From: Streptosporangiaceae bacterium
GTDB taxonomy: Bacteria > Actinomycetota > Actinomycetes > Streptosporangiales > Streptosporangiaceae
Length of the DNA: 64,000 nucleotides
Direction of reading: 5' to 3'
NCBI GenBank assembly: GCA_036375995.1
Contig: DASVBE010000095.1
Coordinates: 6,245 to 70,244 of the forward strand
Positions within the stretch are counted from its first letter, which is position 1. Every line of letters begins with the position of its first letter. A model generated the notes under the pieces. The model did not search any database. It had not been told where the DNA came from and saw nothing but the letters and a program-made list of their open reading frames with translations. This document shows, in pieces, positions 8,426 to 16,523 of the stretch. A program made the translations under genes and the position numbers.

Positions 8426-9469
8426 TCAGGCTGGTCCCGCGGCCGGGGCGGCCAGCCGGAACGCGCGGCGGTAGGCGGTCGGGGTGGTCGCCACCCGCCG
8501 GGCGAAGTGCTCGCGCAGCGCGGCCGCGGTGCTGAACCCGCTGCGCACCGCGACCTGCTCGACCGGCAGGCCGGTGCGCTCCAGCAGCTGGCGGGCGGCC
8601 AGCACCCGCTGGTCCAGCAGCCACTGCGCGGGAGTGGTGCCGGTCTCCTCCCGGAACCGGCGGGCGAACGTCCGGGTGGACACGCCCGCCCGGCGGGCCA
8701 GCACGGCCACGCTCAGGTCCGCGCCGAGGTTCTCCAGGGCCCAGGCCCGGGTGGCAGCCAGGCCCGGCGCTCCGCGGTCCCCGCTGACCGCGGGCACCGG
8801 ATGGCGGATGAACTGCGCCTGGCCGCCGTCCCGGTGCGGCGCGACCACGGTCCGCCGGGCCAGCCGCGCGGCCAGGTCCGCGCCGTGGTCCCGGCGGATC
8901 ACGTGCAGGCACAGGTCGAGCCCGGCGGCCACGCCGGCGCTGGTCAGGATCTGCCCCTCGTCCACGTAGAGGACGGCCGGGTCGACGGTCACCGCGGGGA
9001 ACTGCCGGGCCAGGGCGGCTGCCCAGCCCCAGTGCGTGGCGGCCCGGCGGCCGTCCAGCAGGCCGGCGTAGGCCAGCACGAACGCGCCGGTGCACACGGA
9101 CATGATCCGGGCGCCGCGGGCGGCGGCGGCGCTGAGCGCGGCCAGCACGGGGCCGGGCGGGCGGTCAAGGATCTCGGTGCCCGGGACCACGATCGTGTCC
9201 GCGGTCGCCAGCAGGCGCAGGCCGCCGCCCGCGATGATGTCGAGCCCGGTCGAGCTGGTCAGCGGGCCGGGCTCGGGGCCGGCCACCGCGTAGCTGTACC
9301 AGGGGTGGCCGCAGTGGCCGAACAAGTGGGTGGGCGCGGCGAGGTCGAGAAGGACGACGCCGGGCAGGGCCAGGGTCACGACCCGGTGCGGCGCGGGCGG
9401 CGCGGGCGGGAGCGCGGTGCCGCCCGGCTCGGCGGGCGCGGCGGGCGGCCAGGGCCAGTCTGCTGGCAT
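8426..9469 (-). CDS. GlxA-type AraC-family regulator (DJ-1/PfpI-like domain + AraC HTH)
   Basis: ...[26 protein letters not shown]... followed by ...[48 protein letters not shown]... Internal ATG at 9469 (MPADWPW...) chosen. The track ORF extends to 9691 across the divergent promoter. Confidence 0.8.
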   Translation of the reverse strand: [347 protein letters not shown]

Positions 9470-9536
9470 GAATCCGATGATCGTTGTCTTTCCTGCCACT
9501 GTCTGGGCTCGGATGGCGGGCGTGAGGATGGCTTCC

Positions 9537-10175
9537 ATGACCGACACCAACGGCGCCCGGGCGCCGCTTCCCGACGTTGACGTGCTGTTCTTCGACGGCT
9601 TCGACGAGCTCGACTCGATTGGCCCGTGGGAGGTGCTGTCCGCAGCCGGATTCCCGGTCCGGGCTGCGGGCCTCCCCGGCGAGGCCGGCACCGTGCGCGC
9701 CTCGAACGGGCTGCGGGTGGCGGTCGACGGCCTGCTCGGCGACGCCCCGGGCCTGGTGGTCGTGCCGGGCGGCGGCTACTGGGACCCGGGCGCCGGGGTG
9801 CGCCAGCAGATCGCCGACGGCGCGCTGCCCGCCCGGCTGGCCGCGCTGCACGCCGCGGGCACCGTGCTGGCCTCGGTGTGCACGGGCGCGATGCTGCTGT
9901 CCGCCGCGGGCCTGCTCAAGGACCGCCCGGTGGTCACCAACAAGCTGGCCCTCGGCCTGCTGGCCCGCGACGGCGCGCAGGTCCGCCAGGAGGCCAGGGT
10001 GGTCGACGACGGCGACATCATCACCGCGGGCGGCCCGATGGCCGGCATCGACCTGGCCGTGCGCATCGTAGAGCGCTACCTGGGCCCGGACGCGGCGCTG
10101 GCGGCGGCGGGCCGCCTCGAGCACGAGCAGCGCGGCCCGGTCCTCGTCACCGCCCGCGCCCGGGCCGCCGTTTAG
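9537..10175 (+). CDS. DJ-1/PfpI family protein
   Basis: ...VDVLFFDGFDELDSIGPWEVL... and the nucleophile-elbow motif ...LASVCTGAMLLSAAGLL... ATG at 9537. Divergent from the GlxA-type regulator. Confidence 0.8.
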   Translation: MTDTNGARAPLPDVDVLFFDGFDELDSIGPWEVLSAAGFPVRAAGLPGEAGTVRASNGLRVAVDGLLGDAPGLVVVPGGGYWDPGAGVRQQIADGALPARLAALHAAGTVLASVCTGAMLLSAAGLLKDRPVVTNKLALGLLARDGAQVRQEARVVDDGDIITAGGPMAGIDLAVRIVERYLGPDAALAAAGRLEHEQRGPVLVTARARAAV

Positions 10176-10753
10176 CGGCGGGTGAGCTTCCAGGCGGCCG
10201 GGAGCAGGGCCGCCGCGATGGCGGCCTTGATGGCGTCGCCGATGAGGAACGGCGTGAGGCCCAGGGAGATCGTCTCGGCCGGGCCGGTATGCAGGTCGAT
10301 GGCCAGCCAGGTCAGGCCGAACGCGTACAGGGCCACCTCGCCGGCGAGCATGGCCGGGACGGAGGTCCGCAGACGGCGGTCGGCCCGGCGCTCGGCCAGG
10401 AAGCCGCACAGCGCGGCGCAGACCACGAAGCCGACGATGTAACCGAACGACGCGCTGGCGTAGCCGCTGGAGTGCCCGGCGAACCAGGGCACCCCGGCCA
10501 CCCCGGCCAGCGTGTAGACCAGCATCGCGGCGGTGCCGCGCAGCCAGCCGAGCGCGGTGCCGGACAGCAGGACGGCCAGGGTCTGGCCGGTCACCGGGAC
10601 CGGCGTGAACGACAGGTGGAACGAAACCTGCGCCAGCAGACCGGTCAGCCCGGCCGCGCCGGCCACCAGCAGGACGTCGCGGACCAGAGCGCCGGGCAGC
10701 AGATCGGCCAGAACCAGGGGATGGTGCCCCGGCCGGGCGGTCACGTCAGACAC
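10172..10753 (-). CDS. bioY: Biotin transporter BioY
   Basis: ...FTPVPVTGQTLAVLLSGTALG...GYIVGFVVCA...PFLIGDAIKAAIAA... GTG at 10753 preceded by GGAGGA (10767..10762). The TAA stop overlaps the convergent TAG of the DJ-1 gene. Confidence 0.85.
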   Translation of the reverse strand: MSDVTARPGHHPLVLADLLPGALVRDVLLVAGAAGLTGLLAQVSFHLSFTPVPVTGQTLAVLLSGTALGWLRGTAAMLVYTLAGVAGVPWFAGHSSGYASASFGYIVGFVVCAALCGFLAERRADRRLRTSVPAMLAGEVALYAFGLTWLAIDLHTGPAETISLGLTPFLIGDAIKAAIAAALLPAAWKLTRR

Positions 10754-10856
10754 GAACGAGTTCCTCCGTACGGACGGGTCGGCAACGGTGACGCGGGCCG
10801 GGCCGGCCGGCCCGGCAAGAGTACAGAACCGGCCCGGCCCGCGGGAGAATCGGGTT

Positions 10857-11324
10857 ATGGATGTCGCGGACACCTTCGGGTTCCTGCTCGGGGCCTGGCG
10901 GGTGAGCCGGTCGATCGAGGACCGGCTGGCGGGGATGACCGGGTCCTTCGAGGGGTCAGCGCTGCTGGTGATCCCGCCGGAGTGGCAGGCCCGCGGCGTG
11001 TGGGCGCGCTACGACGAGACCGGCACCCTGCAGTTCGGCGGCCACAGCGGCCCGGCCAGCCGGACGCTGGGCTACATGCGGCGCTACGACGGCACGGTGG
11101 CGGTGTTCTTCCCCGACGGCCGCCCCTACATCGACCTCGACCTGCGGACCGGGTCCTGCGAACGGGACCACCCGTGCCGCGAGGACACGTACCACCTCAC
11201 GTTCACCGTCCGCTCCCTAGACGAATTCGAAGAACACTGGGAAGTCCAGGGCCCGGACAAGAACTACAGCGCCATAACCACCCTCCGCCGCGAACCCCCC
11301 GACCCCCAAGGTCTGACACCATGA
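10857..11324 (+). CDS. Conserved hypothetical protein (DUF6314-like by recollection)
   Basis: ATG at 10857 (MDVADTFGFLLGAWRVSRSIEDRLAG...). ...LQFGGHSGPASRTLGY...FFPDGRPYIDLDLRTG...HPCREDTY... resembles that family. The upstream part of track ORF 10533.. lies antisense to bioY and was not used. Confidence 0.6.
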   Translation: MDVADTFGFLLGAWRVSRSIEDRLAGMTGSFEGSALLVIPPEWQARGVWARYDETGTLQFGGHSGPASRTLGYMRRYDGTVAVFFPDGRPYIDLDLRTGSCERDHPCREDTYHLTFTVRSLDEFEEHWEVQGPDKNYSAITTLRREPPDPQGLTP

Positions 11325-11582
11325 TCAACAGCGCCGCCAGGTGGAAGCCTGGTCGACGCCCCTGCGGACCCGGACCGACCGGTTGATCAACTCACGCAGC
11401 ACATCCTGGTCCACATCATCGAGGCGCTTGCGGTACAGGCAGCCCTTTCCGGTCTTGTGCGGGCCCAGCACGGGCCACTCAAACCACGGCCCGCAACCCG
11501 TGCCGTGGGGGTCCGGGGGCTCGGGCCCCCGGGAAAGCACCGCGGCCCACCCGGAAGGTGCCCAAAGGGCACCGACCAGCAT
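11325..11582 (-). pseudogene. Possible C-terminal remnant of a DUF1801 (YdhG-like) gene abutting the ssrA 3' end
   Basis: Only the last ~35 aa (...PHKTGKGCLYRKRLDDVDQDVLRELINRSV...) resemble the DUF1801 C-terminus. The N-terminal 45 aa are low-complexity, and the ORF runs up to 12 nt from the tmRNA gene. Confidence 0.3.
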
Positions 11583-11593
11583 GGGCCGGCTCG

Positions 11594-11967
11594 TGGAGGT
11601 GGCGGGAATCGAACCCGCGTCCTTCGGTACTTCACCAGGGCTTCTCCGGGCGCAGCCTGCACTAGCTTTTCTCAGCCCCGGCGTTCACGCAGGCAAGTCG
11701 CCGACGGGCTCAGTCACTGTTTGGTGTCCTGCCTAGCCCCGTGACCGGGCTGGACAGTTGATCCTCCTAGCTGATGCCAGGCTCCGGGCCGGAGGAACTC
11801 CCGGGCTGACAGACTTCCTACCTAGCGGTTATCAGGCCGCGAGGCGGACGTCAGTGCGCGTTACATTGGCACTTGAATTTTGCGGTCACGGGATTAACGA
11901 GGGCACAACCGCAACCCTCGGCCCGCTTCCCCTGGATCGACTACCGAAGTCGAAACCGATCACCCCC
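11594..11967 (-). ncRNA. ssrA: tmRNA (ssrA)
   Basis: The minus strand starts GGGGGTGATCGGTTTCGACTTCGGTAGTCGATCCAGGGGAAGCGGGCCGAGG and ends ...GCGGGTTCGATTCCCGCCACCTCCA. The acceptor stem GGGGGUG/CACCUCC contains the G3:U alanine identity pair, and there is a T-arm GGTTCGATTCC. The tag reading frame is GCC AAT GTA ACG CGC ACT GAC GTC CGC CTC GCG GCC TGA TAA (ANVTRTDVRLAA). CCA is not encoded. smpB lies upstream on the same strand. Confidence 0.93.
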
Positions 11968-12065
11968 TATGGAGTTGTACCGGCGGGAACGACTGCCGGA
12001 GCAGGCGACACCGCCATGATCGACGTTACCCGATCCTGACCCCGGCAGCTAATCCAGAATCTGGG

Positions 12066-15000
12066 CTACGAAGCAGCCGGCAGGTTCTCCAGGAACGCCC
12101 GGGCCACCGGCGCGGCCGACGAGCTCGCCGACTTCGTCAGCTCCAGCACCGCGAACGCCACCCCGCCGCGGTACCCGACGAACCACGCCGCGCGCAGGCC
12201 ATGGTGCCTGGGACCCAGCCCCACGTTGCCGACCTGCCCGAAGACCGCCTGACCGCGCACGTTGGCGGACCGCGCCGCCCCGCTGGTCACCGTCTGCCGC
12301 ATCAGCGACCGCAGCGACGTCAGCACCGCGGCGGAGAACGGGCGGTTCGGGCCGGGCCCCGGCGACGGCGGGTTGGTCACCAGGACCGGGTGGTGCCAGC
12401 TCCCGGACTGCACCACGCCGGCCATCAGGGCCATCTGCAGCGGGCTGAGCGTCACCCGGCCCGCCCCGATCGTGTCCGCGGCCAGCTGCGGGACGCTGCC
12501 TGGCGTGGGCGCCGACCCGGCGCTGGCCGGGACCGGCAGCTGCCAGGGTGCCCCGATGCCGAAGTTCTTCGCCGCGCTGGTCAGCTGGGCGCTGGTCAGC
12601 CGGAGCGACAGGGTGGCGAACGCGGTCGAGCAGCCCGCGGCGAAGTCCGTGCTGAACGCCGGCTCGGGGCCGAGCCCCCGCTGCCTCGGATGGTTGGTGA
12701 AGGTCCGCCCGCCGACCTCGCTCGTGGCCATGCACGGGATCCGCGCGTTGACGTTGAAGCCGTCGCTGATCAGCGCGGCCGTGGAGACCAGGCTGAAGGC
12801 CTGGCCCGGCCGGTAGGCCCCATTCAGCGGGCTGACCTCGGGCATCCGGTGCCCCCGGTGGGTCGCCACCGCGAGGATCCGGCCGGTCGAGGGGTCGATG
12901 GCGACCAGCGCCACGGAGCCGTGCAGCGACTTGACCGCCTGGGTGGCGGCGTCCTGCACGCCCGGGTCGATGGTGGTCCGGACCGGCTGCCCCGCGTGAC
13001 CGGACCAGCGGGCCAGCACGGACATCTGGCGGCCGGCCGCGTTCTCCGCCACCACGCTGGTCGACGGCATGCCGACCAGCGTGCGCTGGAAGGCCTGCTG
13101 CAGGCCGGACAGGCCGACCGTGGCGCCCGGCTGGTAGGAAACCCCGTTGTTGCGGAGCACAGTCGCGGTCTCGGTGCCGACCCGCCCCACCACCGAACTG
13201 GCCGTGCTGTCGAACAACCGCAGCATGGCCCGCTTGATCTGCAGGCCGGGCACCTTCCTGAGCTGATGGCGCAGCCGGTGATACGCGTGCGGCGTGAACC
13301 TGGCCAGCTCGAAGAACTGCTTGGACGGCGCGGCCAGGATGTCGCCGTAGACCTCGTTGACGTCCAGGCCGGTCACGGCGGCGAGCGCGGCCGCGGTCCG
13401 GTACGGGCTCTCCAGGCTGGTGGGCATGACCCCGGCGACGAACACCCGGGTCCGCTTGGCCAGCGGCCGGCCGGCCGCATCGAGCAGCGGGGCCCGCCGC
13501 GGGGTCGTGGTGACCACGGCCAGCCGGTATCCGGGCTTCAGCGCGGGGTTGATCACGCTCGGGCTCCACACGACCTTCCACGTCGAGTGGATCCGGCGCA
13601 GCGTGAACACGCCTTCGTAGCGCCACGGCGCGCCACTGCGACCCAGGTCGATCGCGGCGTGGAAGTGCGCCTCGCCGACGTCACCGTGCCGGGTGATGTG
13701 GCCCATCTGCAGGGTGATGTCGGCCGCGTCGAGCTGCCGGTAGGCGGTCCGCAACTGGCTGGTGACCGCGTCCGGGATACCCGTGGTGTACGTGGCCGCC
13801 TCGTGGTAGTGGCCTTCCTCCCAGGCGAGCAGGAAGGCCTGCACGGTCGGCTCGACGGACGGATCCGGCGTGCTCGCCGTCACCAGCAGGTAGCCCAGCA
13901 GCCCGGCCAGCACGACGATGATGACCGCCTTCTTCGGTGTCACCCGCGGCCGCTTGACGGCGGGCCGGCCCGTCGTGGCGGGCTTCTTCGCCGGCGGCGC
14001 CCCCGGTGGCCGGCCGCCAGCCGGCCCAGGCGGTGCAGTTGGTCCAGGCGGCGCAGCCGGCCCGGACGGCGCAGTTGGCCCGGACGGCGCAGCCGGCGGG
14101 GCAGACGGCCCGCCCGGCGCGACGGGCGTCCTGGCCGGGGCCGCAGGCGGCGCGGCGGGCGCCAGCGCGGACAGCCCGGGGCCGGCCACGAGCTTGTCGC
14201 CGACCGGATGACCGGGTCGAGGGCTGACTTCCGGCGGCGCCACTGAGTTTGACCGGGTTACGGTTGGCGGCCCGCTGATCGGCATCCCGGGCGGGATCTG
14301 GCTGATCGGCGGCTGCGCCGTCAGGGACCAGTCGCCCTGCGTGATCGCCCCGGTCAGCGGACTGGCCTGCGGCTGGCCCACCGCCGGGGCCCGCGGGTCC
14401 GGTCCGGCCCCGGCCACGCCGCCCGCCCCCAGGTCATCAGCCCCCAGGTCATCAGCCCGCAACGGACCCGCAGCGGCCCGGCGCACAAAGCCCTGGCGGC
14501 CCAGATCCTGACCGGCCGCAGCCGGGCGCGGATCGCCCGGGCCCGCCGGGCCCGGCTCAGGCACAGACGGGCGCACGCCACCCCGGCTGGCCGGGTCCTG
14601 ACCAGGTGCGGCCGGGCGCACACCGCCCGGGCCCGCCAGGCCGGGCTCAGACCCAGACGGGCGCACACCACGCCGGCTGGCCGGGTCCTGACCAGGTGCG
14701 GCCGAACGCACACCACCCGGGCCCGCCAGGCCGGGCTCAGACCCAGACGGGCGCACACCACCCCGGCTGGCCGGGTCCTGACCAGGTGCGGCCGGGCGCA
14801 CACCGGCCGGGCTAGCCGGGTTCTGCCCGGCAGCACGCCCACTTCGCTCAGGCCGCCCGGCCGCGCTCCCGGCAGACCGCCCCGAGGGGGGCAGCTGCGG
14901 CGACAGGCTGGCCGGGGACCGCGGGGCCGCCGGCGGCCGGCCGGGCGGTGGCGCAGTCCAGCTGGACGGCACCGACGGCGGCGTGCTCGTGCGTGGCCGG

Positions 15001-16025
15001 GCCGGCTCAAACGGCCCGCGCATGGCGTCATCCGCCAGCGGCGCTTCCTCCGCCGGCGATGACTCCCCCGCCAGCGGCAGCGCCCCAGCGGCAGGCACCG
15101 GGCCCCAGCCAGATGACCGCCCGGCCGGCGTCCCCGGCTCGGTCGCGGCCGATTGCCCCGGACCTGGCTGGCCAGCTCGGGGCGGGACCGACAGCGACGG
15201 GTCCCAGCCAGCAGGCGAGGCGGACGCAGACGCCGCCCCAGCGCCCGGCCGCCCAGAACCTGGCTCCCCAGACCCTGGCCGGCCAGCCCGCGGCGGCACC
15301 GACAGCGACGGGTCCCAGCCAGCAGCCGAGGCCGACGCAGACGCCGCCCCAGCACCCGGCCGCCCAGAACCTGGCTGGCCGGATCGCGGCGGGACCGACG
15401 GCGGTGGGTCGGCGGGCGGCGGGGCGGGCCAGGCGGAGGGGCTGCGGGCGGGCTGCCCGGCGGGTGGCGTGGTGGCCTGCGGAGCCTGGCTGGGGGTCGG
15501 CTGGGCCGGGCCGGAAGGTTCGGGGAACCACGGGGTGGGCTGCGGCGGGAGCCAGGCGCGCGGGGTAGTGGCTCGGGTGCTGCCGAAGGCGGCGGGCGGG
15601 CCGTCGTGATCATCACCGCCGAGCGGCGGCTGGACCGTGTCGTTGCCCAGCGCGCCGGGGCCAGCCAGGCCGTTCCCCGGCCGCCCGGGCCCATCCAGGC
15701 CGTGCCCGTCCAGACCGTGCTCAGCCGAACCGTGCTCAGCCGAACCGTGCCCGGCCGCCCCGTGGCCCGAGCCATTCGGGTGCGGGCTGGTGACGGCCCA
15801 GCCGGGCGGCCGCGTGCCAGGCGCTGTGCTGCCAGGCGCTGTGCTGCCAGTCCCCGTGCTGCCCGCCGCCGTGCTGCCTGGCCCTGTGCTGCCTGGCCCT
15901 GTGCCGCCGGAGGCCGGGCCAGCGGGGGAATTCGCGGCAGGCGGAGTCTCCGCCCCGTCCTGGTCAGGGCGGGCCGGCCGGACCGGCGCGGCGTGTGAGC
16001 CGCGCTTACGCATGCGCGCCATCAC
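12066..16025 (-). CDS. PBP-fold membrane protein (NTF2-like MecA_N + class-B transpeptidase fold) with substituted catalytic motifs and ~700-aa Pro-rich repeat N-terminus
   Basis: Single uninterrupted 1319-codon ORF that starts (GTG 16025 / ATG 16022) 11 nt after the smpB stop. TM helix AVIIVVLAGLLGYLLVTAS at about residue 700. ...PTVQAFLLAWEEGHYHEAA... (MecA_N-like) and ...VALVAIDPSTGRILAVATH... (transpeptidase fold). The catalytic boxes read PGQAFS, GCSTAF and GQVGNV. The true start within the low-complexity region is uncertain. Confidence 0.75.
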   Translation of the reverse strand: MMARMRKRGSHAAPVRPARPDQDGAETPPAANSPAGPASGGTGPGSTGPGSTAAGSTGTGSTAPGSTAPGTRPPGWAVTSPHPNGSGHGAAGHGSAEHGSAEHGLDGHGLDGPGRPGNGLAGPGALGNDTVQPPLGGDDHDGPPAAFGSTRATTPRAWLPPQPTPWFPEPSGPAQPTPSQAPQATTPPAGQPARSPSAWPAPPPADPPPSVPPRSGQPGSGRPGAGAASASASAAGWDPSLSVPPRAGRPGSGEPGSGRPGAGAASASASPAGWDPSLSVPPRAGQPGPGQSAATEPGTPAGRSSGWGPVPAAGALPLAGESSPAEEAPLADDAMRGPFEPARPRTSTPPSVPSSWTAPPPGRPPAAPRSPASLSPQLPPSGRSAGSAAGRPERSGRAAGQNPASPAGVRPAAPGQDPASRGGVRPSGSEPGLAGPGGVRSAAPGQDPASRRGVRPSGSEPGLAGPGGVRPAAPGQDPASRGGVRPSVPEPGPAGPGDPRPAAAGQDLGRQGFVRRAAAGPLRADDLGADDLGAGGVAGAGPDPRAPAVGQPQASPLTGAITQGDWSLTAQPPISQIPPGMPISGPPTVTRSNSVAPPEVSPRPGHPVGDKLVAGPGLSALAPAAPPAAPARTPVAPGGPSAPPAAPSGPTAPSGPAAPPGPTAPPGPAGGRPPGAPPAKKPATTGRPAVKRPRVTPKKAVIIVVLAGLLGYLLVTASTPDPSVEPTVQAFLLAWEEGHYHEAATYTTGIPDAVTSQLRTAYRQLDAADITLQMGHITRHGDVGEAHFHAAIDLGRSGAPWRYEGVFTLRRIHSTWKVVWSPSVINPALKPGYRLAVVTTTPRRAPLLDAAGRPLAKRTRVFVAGVMPTSLESPYRTAAALAAVTGLDVNEVYGDILAAPSKQFFELARFTPHAYHRLRHQLRKVPGLQIKRAMLRLFDSTASSVVGRVGTETATVLRNNGVSYQPGATVGLSGLQQAFQRTLVGMPSTSVVAENAAGRQMSVLARWSGHAGQPVRTTIDPGVQDAATQAVKSLHGSVALVAIDPSTGRILAVATHRGHRMPEVSPLNGAYRPGQAFSLVSTAALISDGFNVNARIPCMATSEVGGRTFTNHPRQRGLGPEPAFSTDFAAGCSTAFATLSLRLTSAQLTSAAKNFGIGAPWQLPVPASAGSAPTPGSVPQLAADTIGAGRVTLSPLQMALMAGVVQSGSWHHPVLVTNPPSPGPGPNRPFSAAVLTSLRSLMRQTVTSGAARSANVRGQAVFGQVGNVGLGPRHHGLRAAWFVGYRGGVAFAVLELTKSASSSAAPVARAFLENLPAAS
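14536..14805. repeat. 3 x 90-bp tandem repeat inside the PBP-like gene (30-aa unit GVR.AAPGQDPASR.GVRPSGSEPGLAGPG)
   Basis: Units at 14536..14625, 14626..14715 and 14716..14805 differ by a few substitutions. They are in frame with the ORF. Confidence 0.9.
15181..15410. repeat. ~2.2 copies of a 96-111-bp tandem repeat inside the PBP-like gene (unit ...ASASASAAGWDPSLSVPPRAGRPGSG...)
   Basis: 15181..15291 and 15292..15387 are near-identical apart from a 15-bp indel. A partial third unit follows. Confidence 0.8.
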
Positions 16026-16036
16026 TCGCCACTGGT

Positions 16037-16501
16037 CTACCTACGCCGCCGCAACGCACGGTCAACCTCCCTGGCCGCGTCCCGCGCCGCGAGGTCATGA
16101 CGTTTGTCGTAGGACCTCTTGCCGCGGGCGAGCGCCAACTCGACCTTGGCCTTGCCGTCCTTGAAGTACAGGGCCAACGGAACCAGCGTCAGGCCACGCT
16201 CGGCGGTCTGGCTGGCGAGCTTGTCGATTTCCCTACGGTGCATCAGCAGCTTACGTGTGCGGCGCGGCTCATGGTTGGTCCACGTGCCCTGCGTGTACTC
16301 CGGGATGTGCACGTTGTGGAGCCATACCTCATGGTCGGATATCTGCCCGAAGCCATCGGTGAGCGACGCGCGCCCGGCACGCAGTGATTTCACCTCGGTC
16401 CCGGTCAGCACCAGGCCAGCCTCGTAGACCTCTTCGATGTGGTAGTCGTGCCTGGCGCGCCGGTTCCTGGCAATCATTTTCAGGCCCTGATCGGCTGCCA
16501 C
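16037..16501 (-). CDS. smpB: SsrA-binding protein SmpB
   Basis: ...[34 protein letters not shown]...[29 protein letters not shown]... Canonical position after ftsX. Confidence 0.95.
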   Translation of the reverse strand: MAADQGLKMIARNRRARHDYHIEEVYEAGLVLTGTEVKSLRAGRASLTDGFGQISDHEVWLHNVHIPEYTQGTWTNHEPRRTRKLLMHRREIDKLASQTAERGLTLVPLALYFKDGKAKVELALARGKRSYDKRHDLAARDAAREVDRALRRRR

Positions 16502-16523
16502 GGTTCTCCTGTCCGCTGGGCGG

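Noticed and set aside
6110-11593. An intact genomic island integrated at the ssrA 3' end.
   Set aside because: There is no integrase, excisionase or other mobility gene, and I could not find a direct repeat of the ssrA 3' end by eye. It is kept only as a low-interest 'possible old scar' finding.
14536-15410. Tandem repeats as a possible CRISPR array or minisatellite locus.
   Set aside because: The units are contiguous without unique spacers. They are in frame and part of one long ORF encoding low-complexity protein. No cas genes are present.
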